A stretch of 64,000 nucleotides of DNA from the human T2T-CHM13v2.0 reference genome, Homo sapiens. Of the stretch, positions 32,335-48,374 are shown in pieces. Both the position numbers and the translations under genes were made by a program. The DNA lies in NCBI RefSeq assembly GCF_009914755.1, contig NC_060940.1; one strand, written 5' to 3'. The notes under the pieces are model-generated. The model saw nothing but the letters and a program-made list of their open reading frames with translations. It was not told where the DNA came from and ran no database searches. The stretch's first letter is position 1. Each line of letters starts with the position of its first letter.

Positions 32335-32520
32335 GTGATAATGTTGAGCACTCGGGAGCCAGGCTCTATTGTGAGACCTTTACAGACATTAACTCATTTA
32401 ACTTCTCACTCTGTCCTCTTTTTAACAGATAAGGAAACTAAGGCACAGAAAGGTAACATGCCCAAGTTCACACAGCTAGGGAGAGGTTGAGCCTGACTTT
32501 GAACCCTGGCAGTTTGGCTT
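32335..32520 (-). mobile_element. MIR
   Basis: ttaacagataaggaaactaaggcacagaaaggtaacatgcccaagttcacacagctag. Confidence 0.8.
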
Positions 32521-32631
32521 GCACGTTCTTGCAGAGCTCAAATACATTCAAACAAAAAATTGTACAGCCATAGAATGCCATGCGCAGCAAAAGCCAATAC
32601 CTGTGAACATCCATTCATGTTATTTAACTGT

Positions 32632-33053
32632 TGTTAAAGCCAACTAAATATGGCCTTAGAAGGACTCCATACTTCTATATTTGAGTTCTTGGGGACAAAC
32701 CGTAACCTAGCTTCATAGGCAGACAACAATGAAAAGCTAACTTAATAGTATGTATCTGTAATAATAGCTGAGTGTTGGCCAATCCCAGCGGCCATACTTC
32801 AACCACTTGTAGACTGCTGAGTGTTCAAACTGCGTTCAAATAAGTCAAACGCCGAGCTCTAACCAAGCTCGCTTCTGATTCCTGTACGTCACTTTACTTT
32901 TTTTTGTCTGTAAATTTGTTCTGACCGCGAGGCAATCCTGGAGTGTCTCTGAATCTGCTGTGATTCTGGAGGCTGCCTGATTCACGAATTGTTTCTTTTC
33001 TTTGCTCGATTAAACTCCATCAAGTTGAACTTGTCTGAAGTTTTCTTTTAACA
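32632..33053 (+). mobile_element. Solo ERV1 LTR, MER57 family (MER57A-like)
   Basis: tgttaaagccaactaaatatggcc...gttggccaatcccagcggccatacttcaacc...gaagttttcttttaaca; inverted ends tgttaa/ttaaca. Confidence 0.88.
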
Positions 33054-34424
33054 TTGGGCTGGGCTTCAGTTTCCTCTCTGTAAAGTGGGGTCGATAAGAG
33101 CTAAGATTTATTGGGCTTTTAGGATTGTCTCATTTTAGGATTGTCCTATGATGTAGGCTGTTAGCCCCATCTTATAGAGGGGAAAACTGTGGCTCAGAGA
33201 AATGGAGTGAGCTGCTCAAGGTTATAAGTCTGCTGAAATAAACAGCAGCATCTTCAATGCTGGGCTGCCCCAGTCTAGAGCCCATGGCCTGAACCTCTGC
33301 CATGTAGAGTTTGTCTGGTGGTGCCATCTTCCTTTGGAGGGACTTCTCTCCGGGAATGGCCCAGGGAGCTCAAGGCTGTGCCAGCCATTCCTGGTTCCAC
33401 CGAGTCTGGGTCACATCCCTCTAATCAGCCTGCCTAGTACCCCGTGCTCCAAGTATCCCATTTCTGCATCAGTGGCCTGTGATGTCATGTGGGTTACTGA
33501 CAACTCCTCTCTCAGGAGCCCTGAGGAAACCCTGGGCAGATTGAATAAAAAGCCCTTGTCAGACATCCTAATTTTAGTGTTCTCCCTTGTGATTATGTTC
33601 AGGAAGTATTTATTTTACACTTCACTTGTTTTGCCATTCTCCCCAACTTCATTTTGCAAGAGCTTCTGTAATAATCCGTGTCTCTTTCAGCAGCTCCCCT
33701 GCTCTTCTTGTCCTTGGGAAAACTTGAGTGCTGTGTTCAGCATCTTGAGCCAGAAATATGTCGGAGTTTCATCTTGCATCACTAATGCCCTCCTTTATCA
33801 CCAAGCTGCATCTCCCAGCATTTTTGCCAGACTTCTTGATGTTCCGTCTTCCCTTGTCTCATTACGTCTATTTCTGATACCATTGCCCACTTGCAAATGG
33901 ACATTTTTCATGCTGTGAGTTCCCTCACAAGGGCACAGAGACCAAGGGTAGGCTGGCTTTTATCCCCCTTCAGCTTCTGTTTTCTGGAACTCTTCCCTTG
34001 CGTGGCAGCACAGGCAGGTGGGTCATTGTCTCCTGAGTGTGGTTACCCTCAGGTGTCTGAGGCTGTCCCTGTGACACAGATGGGAGAGGAGGGCTGGGTA
34101 TTGTTAACCAGTCCCCACTCACTTTAGATGGAAGTTCTCATTGCACCGGGGACTGTAGTTCTGTTACTGCTTGGGCCTGTTTCTTGATTCAGTGAATTGG
34201 CAACTGTATTAGACATTGCTGATACAGACCCTATTAATTTTAATGGCTTTTGAGATGCATGGAGAGGAAAGCTTCTTTTGATTGTACAGATGTGTGTAGA
34301 AATCTGTGGTTTTATATATTTATTTTTATTTGAAAAAATACGGTCAAAGCACAAAGGGAGGGATAGAAGTCTGGGTCTGCTGGGAATTTTTTGGAAGTCT
34401 TCTGTAGAAAATAAAGGCAGCCTC

Positions 34425-34850
34425 CACATAGCATAAAATTAACCATTTTGGAGTTAACAATTCAGTGGCATTTAATACTTTCACAGTGTTGTACAGCCGT
34501 CACCTCTATCTCATTCCAAAATATTTTAATCTCCCCAAAATAAAACCCTGAATCCCTTAAGGAACTACTCCCCATCCTGCCCTCCCCCCGTCCCTGGAAA
34601 TCACTAATCTATTTTCTGTCTCTACAGGATTGCGTTTTCTGGATATTTCACATCAGTAAAATTATGCAATGTATGGTATTGGTAACTGGCTGCTTTTGTT
34701 TAGCATAATGTTTTCAATGTTCATCCCTGTTGTGGAATGACTCAGTCCTTCTTTTTTAAGGCTGAATAATATTCTGTTGTATGGCTGAGCCATGTTTTAT
34801 TGATCTGTTCATCCAGTGATGGACATCTGGGGTGTTTCCTGCTTTGGGCT
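34425..34850 (-). mobile_element. Old L1M (L1MB-like) 3' region
   Basis: acaattcagtggcattt...cactaatctattttctgtctcta...aaggctgaataatattc...gatggacatctgggg. Confidence 0.85.
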
Positions 34851-35275
34851 CTCTTGGGATTTTTAAACTTGTAGACATGTGCCGTGGTCTGGATCCATGG
34901 TTGCCCTTGGCCTGTAGCTATTTGTTTCTTGTGAGTATCCTGTGTCTTGATTGACTTACCTCTGTGGAGAGTGCAGCTAGGTGTGTATGAGCTTCTGTGG
35001 TTTGTGAGACTATGGGATAGCCCGATGAAAGGGCTGACAAGGCCCCTTATAGATACCCTACCACGTTATGGGGTGACCCTGACTTCCCCAAAGCCATTGG
35101 CTTCTAGGACCACTGCAGCATTTATGCAGGGTGTAGACCTGGGTTTACCATCTAACTGTATGTGGCCATCACCTGGGTGGATTCAAGAACTGCAGATCCT
35201 TGGTCTTCACTGCTGGAGATTCCAACCTGATTCGTGTGAAGTAGAACAAAATTCTTGGCATTTTTTTTGGTGTGC

Positions 35276-35739
35276 TCTAGTGGGTTGAATAGTGGCTCCC
35301 AAAAGATTTGCTCAAGTTCTGGACCCTGGAACCTGTGAATATGATCTTATGTGGAAACAGGGTCTTTACAGATGGAATAAATTCAGGGATGTCATGATGA
35401 GATTATCTTCCCCTAAATCCAACGACTGGTGTCTTTAAAAAAGACATAAAGGGAGAAGACACAGTGCCGTGCAGAGAAGAAGGCCATGTAGAAACAGAGG
35501 CAGAGACGGGACTGATGCTTCTACAAGCCAAGGCACCTTGAGGATCTCTGTGGCCAGCAGAAGTTGGGGGAGAGGCAGAGCATAAATTATCCCACAGAAC
35601 TTCTAGAAGGAGCCAGCCCTGCCCACACCTTGGTTTCAGACTTCAGGCCTTCAGAACTATGAGAGAATACATTTCACTTATTTTAGACCACTCAGTTGGT
35701 GGCAATTGCGTGACGGCAGCCACAGGGAACTAAAGTACA
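35276..35739 (+). mobile_element. MLT1 (ERVL-MaLR, MLT1C/B-like) LTR, inserted in a MER5-like element (~35150-35794)
   Basis: tagtgggttgaatagtggctcccaaaaga...gaaggagccagccctgcccacaccttgg...cagccacagggaactaaagtaca; flanks rejoin as MER5-like ...ttttaaagctcgctgggtgatt...ttggagaccactg. Confidence 0.85.
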
Positions 35740-35877
35740 TGTTTTTAAAGCTCGCTGGGTGATTATCATATAAAGCCAAATTTGGAGACCACTGCCTTTG
35801 ACTGTGCCAGAACTCATGCTAAGAGCTTTATATATGTTATTTCATTTACTTCTGACTCAAGTAGATAGTTTTACTAA

Positions 35878-36203
<326 letters not shown>

Positions 36204-36554
36204 CCCATTACCCCCAGTTTTACAGATAAGGAGAGTGAGGAGCTGAGGTAGCATTGATGAGGTTTGGACCAGGACAGTATCCTTGAAATGCTGACACTCT
36301 TAGCTGCTCTGTTCTGCTGGCAGGCACTTAGCAGGTTCTTAAATGTTACTGGCTGAATTGTGTTGTCATTGAACCTTCCTGTGCTGCCCAGATGCCCTTC
36401 CCAGAGCAAATCCTGAAAAGAAGGCAAGTAGAGGAAAACCTGGGTCTCAGCCCCAGAGGGAGCCAGGGCAGAAAGCTCTGAAAATGGACATGGCCCATTG
36501 GTTATGCACCTGAAACTGACATGACCAAGATGCTTTAGGATAAGACACTGTTCA

Positions 36555-37787
<1,233 letters not shown>

Positions 37788-39451
37788 GACTGAGAATTGT
37801 GGCACAGAGGCCGAGTCCCCTTCCTGGTTCTGCCACTTAGCTGTGGGGTCATGTATTGAAGCACATAGTAAATGCGCAATTAAGTAGCATTCTGCTTTTT
37901 TTTCTAGTTTTACAGTCCAGGCAATCCAGGCACTTCATCTTCAGTGGCATCAGTGTTGACTTTGTCTGACGTGGGCTGTTTTGTGTCTCTATGACCGAGT
38001 TACGTATTTAAGGGCAACAGTCCTCAGCACGTCCCCATGTGAGCAATGGACAGCACTTTGCAGACTTAGAGGGCTGGGAGGGCATTGAATTGGGAGAGGC
38101 ATGAACCACTTTATATCCAACAATGATCACTCTGGCTGTCAAGAATTGACTGAGGGTCGGGGGGAAATGGAGTCAAGCCGGTCTTTTTTTGGAAGCCACT
38201 GCAACAAAAGTGATCTGAGTTCAGGCATTAGCATTACAGATGCCCACATGAGACAGGATTTTGCAGGTGGAGGTATTTTACAGGTTGAGAGGTACAATTG
38301 GGTGGTTGATTGGATGCACAGGTGAGAATACAGGGCTGGCTTTTGCAGAAACAAAGAGTTGAGGATGGTTTGGGGCTGCCTAGATGTCATGGCCTCATAG
38401 GAGCAGTTTGTTAATCTTCTGGATGTAGCTGAAAAACTGCATAGAGAGGGCATCCATCAGGGATGGCAGGGCCAAGGCAGTGGGTATGGAGTGGGGTGGG
38501 AAGAAACCGCCTCCTTATGGGAGATGTTGTAAAGATGGGTTTCCCCAATCTGCTGGGTCCAGGACCCACTGTAAGAAGCTGTTGGCCCCTATCTGCACTT
38601 GGCCACATCCCTGGTGGGTTTGTGGGGCGGTGGTGGAGGGAACATGAGTGTACCAAGGGAATGCTTCTGTTCCTTTGCATGGTTTGTACAAGGAAGTGTG
38701 GTGTGTGCTGGGGTCATTTGCCTGAGGCTCAGGGGTCCCAGCGTTCAACTTAGATGGGCTGCTTTTAAGTTGGCCAACCTGGGGCAAGTCACTTGCCCTC
38801 TCTGAATCCAATTTACTCACCCAAAAATGAGGATGAGCGTTCTCTTTCTAGAAACACATAACATTATTATGTCCATCTTCCAGAGGAAGAAACTCAGAGG
38901 ATAGAAGGTAAGTATCTTGTCCAAGGCCATATAGCTCATTAATAGATCAAAGGTGATTTGGACTCCAGAGCCTGTTTAACCCTCACACTATTCTACGTGT
39001 TGATGAAGGATCACTACATGAAAGTGGCTAGTCCTAGGCCAGTTCTCCAGGATGTGTAACCTTTGGCAAAGTCCATAATGGACTGGGTTGAAGCATTCTG
39101 TAAGGTTACCTAGTCCTCATTTTAAGTAATTTAACAAGTGTAGAGTCTGAAGCTCAGAGAGGTGAAGTCACTTTCCCAGGACTCACACAGCCACCCAGAC
39201 AGACTCCTGGCTTGACCCCAACTCTACGTGACCCCCAGTGCAGCTCTCCTTCCACTCCACTGCCTTGGCCTGCAGAGGGTTGCTTTGCTGGATCCTGTTA
39301 ATCTTGTCCATCCCACACTCACACCTGGGGCCACTGGGCCATGGTACCAGGGTCTCCCCTGTCACTGCCTTGACTGACGTGAGACTGGGTTTTCTATTCC
39401 TGCCTCTTGACGACTTAGACAACAGCCTAGCGTTTCAGAGGAGTCTGCGTG

Positions 39452-39453
<2 letters not shown>

Positions 39454-39482
<29 letters not shown>
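39454..39482. repeat. (CA)n microsatellite, ~14 units
   Basis: Perfect AC run. Confidence 0.95.
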
Positions 39483-39489
<7 letters not shown>

Positions 39490-40559
39490 CAGCAGGTGTT
39501 ATTTGGGCTAAATTGACCTTGAAATTGATTTCTTTATTTTATGACTTACTGAGAGGAGATTAATACTTTTTTTTCCTGCAGTCTGAAACAATTTACATGG
39601 TAATAGAAGGCATAGTCAGTCAAATAAATTGCTGGAAGTGGTAGTGTTCCAAAGAGGGGAAAAAAAACCGAGCTCACTTGCATTGATTTCTTTGCCCTGG
39701 GGAGAAGCAGAGATTTTAACATCTGGGAATAGGGAGGTAAATTTTATCTCTCATTTGAAAAGCAGAGGACTGAAGAGTTTAATCTGACATTTACACAGAA
39801 TTTTCTAAGTTGGGGGAAATGAGGGTAGCCTGAGTTCCTTGCTGAAAGTTAACTGGCATTTCCTACGAAGGGCTGGGGGTGGTTTGATTCAGAATGGGCA
39901 GGGGAAGCCTCGGTGTCATTATGATGAGCTTGGAAGTTGGCTGCATGCTCTTGGCTGCCGTACTGTGATTCGGGGCGTGATGGAGGAATGGGGTGGTGGT
40001 AGCGGACTGTCTGCCAAAGATTCAAATTCACTCCCAGATCGGGCACTGAGGAACCATATGGGTGGAGGCCATGCTTCCAGCTTTCTGGGCATTGCCTTTT
40101 GGTCACCCTACCCCAGGAGGGGGTTTAATGTTCGCAGATGCTTCAGCTCACACAGATCAGTGGGATTTGCCAGCTTGCCTGGAGCATTGGGTTGAAATCT
40201 GAGAGTGCATCTACCTCAGTGGTAAAATGCAGTGATTGATTAGTACTGCCTACCCTGGGAACAGGAGGGGTACTGGTGGCTTGCATGCTGTTTATGTTTC
40301 CTGGTGAAATCCATTAAGGTATTACCCCAATGCCAGCATTTCTGCATTCAGACCACACTGAAAGGACTCCTGTCGTCCAAAGCGACCCCAAATTCATTTA
40401 GCATGTGATGTGAGCTAAACATTTTTTTTTTTTTTTTCGGAAAATGGCAAGAAATGAAGCCTTACCCAAAGGGTTCTTGCCAATGTTGTCATGTGTTTTT
40501 CCCTTAAATTATTTTCTTTTAAAAATCAAATAAAAAGTATCGGGTAGCATAAAAAATAT

Positions 40560-42034
<1,475 letters not shown>

Positions 42035-42306
42035 TATAAAAATCTATTTTATTATGTTAAGTCCTCTGTTTGGACCATGCATTAAGGAGTTATTTTGATG
42101 TTTTGCCTCCAAGAAGGAAGTCTCTGAGGTGTGGTGGAAATGTGTGTGGTCTGTGTTCATCCAACAGCCATGATCTGGCCTCATAGGCTCCTCAGCCTGC
42201 TTGCTTTCTCTTGGCGTCCAGAATTCCCAAGGAGATATGTCAGAGCCCTGGGGTCAGAACACTTTAGGGTTCAGTGGGCCCTGGCGGCCTGGTAGACCTT
42301 TAGAGC

Positions 42307-43304
42307 TGTCAGTGGTGCGGGGGCCAGAGCAACTCCATCTTGAATAGGAGCTGGATAAAATGAGACTGAGACCTACTGAGCTGTGTTCCCAGATGGTTAA
42401 GGCATTCTAAGTCACAGTGTGAGATAGGAAGTCAGCACCAAATACAGGTCATAAAGAACTTGCTTATAAAACAATAGCAAAGACCTGGAACCAACCCAAA
42501 TATCCATCAATGATAGACTGGAGAAAGAAAATGTGGCACATATACACCATGGGATACTGTGCAGCCATAAAAAAGGATGAGTTCATGTCCTTTGCAGGGA
42601 CATAGATGAAGCTAGAAACCATCATTCTCAGCAAACTAACACAGGAACAGAAAACCAAACACTGTATGTTCTCACTTATAAGTGGGAGTTGAACAATAAG
42701 AACACATGGACACGGGGAGGGGAACATCACATACCGGGGCCTGTCAGAGGGTGGGGGGTTAGGGGAGGGATAGCATTAGGAGAAATACCTAATGTAGATG
42801 ATGGGTTGATGGGTGCAGCAAACCACCATGGCACATGTATACCTATGTAACAAACCTGCACTTTCTGCACATCTATCCCAAAACTTAAAGTATAATTTAG
42901 AAAAAAAAGATCTTTCTGATAAAACAGTTTGCAGTGGAGAAGTTGGCCAAAACCCACCAAAACCAAGATGGTGATGAGAGTGACCTCTGGTCGTCCTCAC
43001 TGCTACACTCCCACCAGCGTCATGACAGATTACAAATGCCATGGCGATGTCAGGAAGTTACCGTATATGGTCTGAAAAGAAGAGGCATGAATAATCCATC
43101 CCTTGTTTTGCGTATCAAGAAATAACCATAAAAATGGGCAACCAGCAGCCCTGGGGACTGCTCTATGGAGTGGCCATTCTTTTATTCCTTTACTTTCCTA
43201 ATCAACTTGCTTTTGCTTTACTGTGGAGTCGCCCTGAATTCTTTCTTGCGCGAGATCCAAGAACCCTCGTTTGGGGTCTGGATCGGGACCCCTTTCCTGT
43301 AACA
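42307..43304 (+). mobile_element. Solo ERV1 LTR MER41A split by an L1 (pieces 42307-42473 and 42906-43304)
   Basis: tgtcag...ccagagcaactccatcttgaatagg; gagagtgacctctggtcgtcctcactgctacactccc; end ggatcgggacccctttcctgtaaca; TSD gagc/gagg. Confidence 0.9.
42471..42905 (+). mobile_element. L1PA 3' end fragment inside MER41A
   Basis: acaatagcaaagacctggaaccaacccaaa...aacttaaagtataat plus A tail; TSD aaagaWcttKctKataaaaca at 42453-42473 and 42906-42926. Confidence 0.94.
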
Positions 43305-43325
43305 GAGGTACTGACCCCATTTGTC

Positions 43326-43592
43326 TTACACAACCTTGGTCCTTGAAGGTCTCCGTGCTTCATCCGTAGGAACCCGTGATACACCACCCCCATCCTGCCC
43401 CCACACCTTCTGCCCATTGTTCATGAGGCTTTGGTCAGCCATGGCCTTGGCTTGGAGCTTTGCACAATGTTGGTCCACGTAGGTTTTACTGGCGCCATCA
43501 TTGGGAACTCATCATGCACCCAGAACCCCACCTCTGACCCCACACCCTCTGTCCATTGCTCAGGAAGCTTTGATTGGCCATGGTCTTGGCCT
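43326..43592. repeat. Degenerate tandem duplication, ~134-bp unit x2
   Basis: ttRcacaa..ttggtcc ... ccccacaccYtctgYccattgYtca.gaRgctttg...gccatggYcttggc occurs twice at an offset of ~134-139. Confidence 0.75.
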
Positions 43593-43738
43593 TCTGTTAA
43601 CCTGTAGGATGGAGTGTTTATTTTTTTCCACCTCCTACATCTTTATTCTATGTGACTATAGATACAAAGATTGATACATCTGGATGTGGCTATTCATAGG
43701 TGGGCACATAAACGCTCACAAGATTACATGAATATGTC

Positions 43739-44566
<828 letters not shown>

Positions 44567-46559
44567 CATGTTTCCCCAAAGACATTTCCAAACAGGAAAA
44601 GACCCTGTAAAGGCAGTTGTTATGCAAAGAATATCACCTTCTAATGCCACCTCTGGGAGCTGACACCAGCCCATGACAAATCTGTATTGGATGATGTTTG
44701 ATGGCCCATCTGGGATCTCTGCCTGGGTCACTGTCTTAACTGGCTAAATCCTTGCTGCTGGGGATTCATGTCCCAGCTTTTGAAAGCTGTAAACTGAGGC
44801 GCAAGAGGGCATACATTTCCAGGGGAGACTACTAGACTTCTAACAAGTGGGTGGAAAATGAGGGAGCAGAACTTGCAGGGAAGAGAAGAATGGCAGACAG
44901 CGACCAGAGTGACAGCTGGTTCGGGACCCTGGTTTGGGATCTAAAAAGGGTTGCAGATCAGATCTTCTCTGTACGCCTCAAGAATTTTCATCTGAATGGA
45001 TCAGGCCAGCTCAAATGATATGGAGGCTTATTGTAAGGATTCAGGGAAAAGACCTGGGCTTTCTGAAAACCAGAACAGTATCAGACAGCCACTACCTCCC
45101 TCGCTGCATCTCTTGGCTCTGTTTCCCCAACTCAGTCAGACTTAGAATGTTAATATGTGCTTGTCTCTGTTTTTGAGTTAAGGAGGAAAATAGGGACACA
45201 CGGGATTGGGCATAGAGCTTGCTGCTTTGTTCAGATAGCACAGGGACTGTGTTAAGAAGGAGGGTGCTAATCTAGGGTTAGGGTGCATGTCTAGTTCCAG
45301 GGTATGGAGAGGTGTAAAAGTGGCAGGAAGGGCAGAAAAAGTCTCTTGAGAAGAGCAGATTGAGTTGGTACCATCTTCTGTCTCCTAGGAGTGAAGGCTT
45401 CCTGTGCTCCTGATGAAAATGACACGGAAGTGCGGCACAATGAGAGATAGACAGCTAAAGAGGACACCAGGCCTCTGGGACCTCAGGCTCAGGGATGTGG
45501 AGAGGGAAAGCCCCTAGCTAGGGGGAAGGGGCTGGAAAGTGTGGAAGGGGCAAAGAGGAAGAAGGCTCTGCAGGTGCAGCTGGATAGGAATTTCATCTGG
45601 TAGCTAGTTTCCCAAGTAAGATCATACTCGAGTGTGAGTCCTAACTTGTCTATTTCCAGGCTCTGGGATACTGGTTGCCTAGATCCTTTATTCTCTTTTC
45701 TTCCAATCAGCTTCCCCTGGAAGACTCTTAATTTTGACTCAAACCTAATTTTACCTTCCTAAGGCTGGTGGTTGCTACGAAGCCAATACTGGCTTCACAT
45801 GCAAGGTCTTGGACTTAGGAAGTCCAACACAATGCAGTGACCATTTCCATGGGTCTCTGTTTCTGTTACTGAGAAAGACAGATTGATTCATGCTGCCTGG
45901 GGCAGGAGTGTGTCCCTAGACTAGATGGAATTGGGCAAGGTACTGGGTCACCTGTGAGTCTGGGAGGGAGGCCCGTCTCAAAGAAAGGACCAGGCTGTAG
46001 ATAGGGATCCCAGGGCATCTAGTAACACTTGGGTCTTGTCACTGGGTTGAAATCTGCTATTGCGCTTAACTCGTTGATCAAGTGCAGTTTTTTCTTGGTC
46101 CATCTATAAAGTGGGACTGAAAAGAAAGTGACAAAAGCCAGACATTCTCAGACCAGTGGACATTCTCTCAAAGGAGAATTGACGCATCTGGCAGCAAAAT
46201 CACTGCATCATCCTCCTCCCCCTTCTCTCCCCATTCAGGCTACTACTTTAGACAGTCGCTGGAAGCAGGGGACATCATTTGTGTTTAAGTTTATTTGTTC
46301 ATTTCAATAAGCTGGAGGGTGGATGTGGCATGAGGACCATTCTCTGTGTTGAGGAAGGAGGGGAACAAACACATTTTTGATTTCTTGGTCACCAGATTTT
46401 TCCATGACCAATGTCTACTAGAAAACTGCAAAAAGAGAAACAATAAAATATGTGTCTTCTCATTATAAGTTCAGAAACGATGTACAGAAACAGAAATCCC
46501 AGAACTCTGTGGGTGGGTCTGAGTAATTCTTGTGGCTGGTACAGGAAAGAGTAGGTAGC

Positions 46560-46740
46560 TTCTGTCCCCCTCTGTTTCTCTCTCTTTTGATATCTGTGTC
46601 TGTCTATATCTTTGTCTCTCTCTCTTTTTATACACCTCTCCTTCCCACCCCCCTCCCGCTTTCTCTGCAGCTCTCCGTCCTTCCCTCTTTCTCTCCGTTG
46701 CTCTCCCGCCCTCTCTCTTTTGAGACAGGGTCTTGCTTGA
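46560..46740. repeat. CT-rich low-complexity tract ending in an ~20-bp Alu 3' remnant
   Basis: Pyrimidine-rich strand followed by tttgagacagggtcttgct. Confidence 0.6.
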
Positions 46741-46809
46741 GTCACACACGACCCTCTCTCTGCCCAGGAAGTTAAAGGGGTGACCCCAGGCCAAAGCCTG
46801 CTGACTTTT

Positions 46810-47068
46810 TTTTTTTTTTTTTTTTTTGAGTTGGAGTTTTGATCTCGTCGCTCAGGCTGGAGTGCAATGGCGGTGGTCTTGGCTCACTGCAACCTGTACC
46901 TCCCAGGTTCAAGCGATTCTCCTCCCTTAGCCTCCCAAGTAGCTGAGATTACAGGTGCCCGCCACCACAGCCTGGCTAATTTTGTACTTTTAGTAGAGAT
47001 GGTGTTTCACCATGTTGGCCAGACTAGTCTGGAGCTCCTGACCTCAGGTGATCTGTCCGCCTCGGCCT
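46810..47068 (-). mobile_element. AluS, 5'-truncated
   Basis: TSD tgctgactttt at 46799-46809 and 47069-47079. Confidence 0.93.
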
Positions 47069-47426
47069 TGCTGACTTTTGATTAATGACATTGTAGAGCT
47101 TTAGGCATTGCTGACACTTTTGAGGCAGGAGCAGTTCCCTAGAGTTGATGGTGGCCAGCTTTAATATGTTCCTGCGCTGTACCTCGTGGAAAGGTGGACG
47201 AAGGCTTTGGGAATACTACGACGGTGATTCACATCCCAGTGTTTGCAGTAGGCATGCTCAGTTCAAGCTGAGGCTCCACTGCAACCCTGCTGAGTGCTGT
47301 GTTACCTTGGACAAATCCGTCAGCCTCTCTTTTGCTTCTTCACCTGTGAGAAGGGGGTGAGGTTAAGACCTACTTCTTAATACCCTAGTAAGGATTCAGG
47401 GTGAAAATGCACAAGAAATACACAGT

Positions 47427-47661
47427 GGCTGGGTGTGGTGGCTCAGGCCGGTAATGTTAGTACTTTGGGAGGCCGAGGCAGGTGGATCACCTGAGGTCAG
47501 GAGTTCGAGACCAGCCTGGCCAACATGGCGATTCCCTGTATCTACTAAAAATACAAAAACTTATCCAGGTGTGGTGGCAGGTGCCTATAGTCCCAGCAAC
47601 TTGGGAGGTTGAGTGACAGAGGGAGACTCTGTCTCAAAAAAAAAAAAAATAAATAAAAAAA
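47427..47661 (+). mobile_element. AluS with an ~75-bp right-arm deletion
   Basis: gggaggttgag joined directly to tgacagagggagactc at 47613/47614. Confidence 0.9.
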
Positions 47662-47819
47662 GTAGTGCATAGCATTGCAGATGCTCCCTAGATGCAAAGT
47701 GTTGCTGGAGTGGAAGGTGGAAGGTTAGGGACCCCCAGCATCCTCGGTCTGGGACGAGGAGTCCACACTGAGAAACATCCGGACCAGCACTGCCTCAGGA
47801 GTGTCAGCGGAGTCAAAGA

Positions 47820-48154
47820 TGCAATTTAGCATTTGCTGGTAGCCACACTAAAAAGTAAAAAGAAACGGATGAGATTAACTGTAATAATAAACTTCCTTTG
47901 AGATAGTCTTAATATATTTACATTTTTAAACATAGCAATATATTTTATTTTTATATATTATTAAATGTCTTTCTAACATGTAATCGATATAAAAATAATG
48001 AAATATTAATATTAATGAGGTGTTTTATATTCATTTTCTTCATCATGTCCTGAAAACCCAGTGACTATTTTATGTATACAGCCCATTTCAATGAGACTAG
48101 CCACGGGGCTTTGTAGCCATATCGGGCTTGTGGCCATTGCGCAGGGCAATGCAG
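47820..48154. mobile_element. MER33-like hAT-Charlie fossil
   Basis: gtagccacactaaaaagtaaaaagaaac...acatgtaatcgatataaaaat...cccatttcaatgagactagccac. Confidence 0.7.
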
Positions 48155-48314
48155 GTCTTGACCCCTGCAGGGGATGGGTGGAGAGACAGAGGGTACTGTG
48201 GCTAAACGTGGTGAGACATTCTGGGTTGTGCTAAACTGGGTTACTCAAGGTTAGAATTTTTTTCCTCAACCCGGCTTCCCCAACCTTTTTCTCTATTTGT
48301 TTGTTTTTTGCCAG

Positions 48315-48374
48315 GACTACAAGTCTGAAAATTCAACCCTCCTCCCCGGTGCCAAGAACAGCCTGCAAGACTCC
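48315..48374 (+). other. Candidate 60-nt internal exon (host transcript unknown; coding or non-coding)
   Basis: Long pyrimidine tract ending ttttttgccAG at 48314; exactly 60 nt; then GTAAGT at 48375-48380; lies in apparently non-repeat sequence. Confidence 0.4.

Noticed and set aside
33334-33918. 194-aa plus-strand ORF in mostly non-repeat DNA
   Set aside because: TTG start, Leu/Ser/Cys/Phe-rich composition reflecting a pyrimidine-rich strand, and no recognisable domain or exon boundaries.
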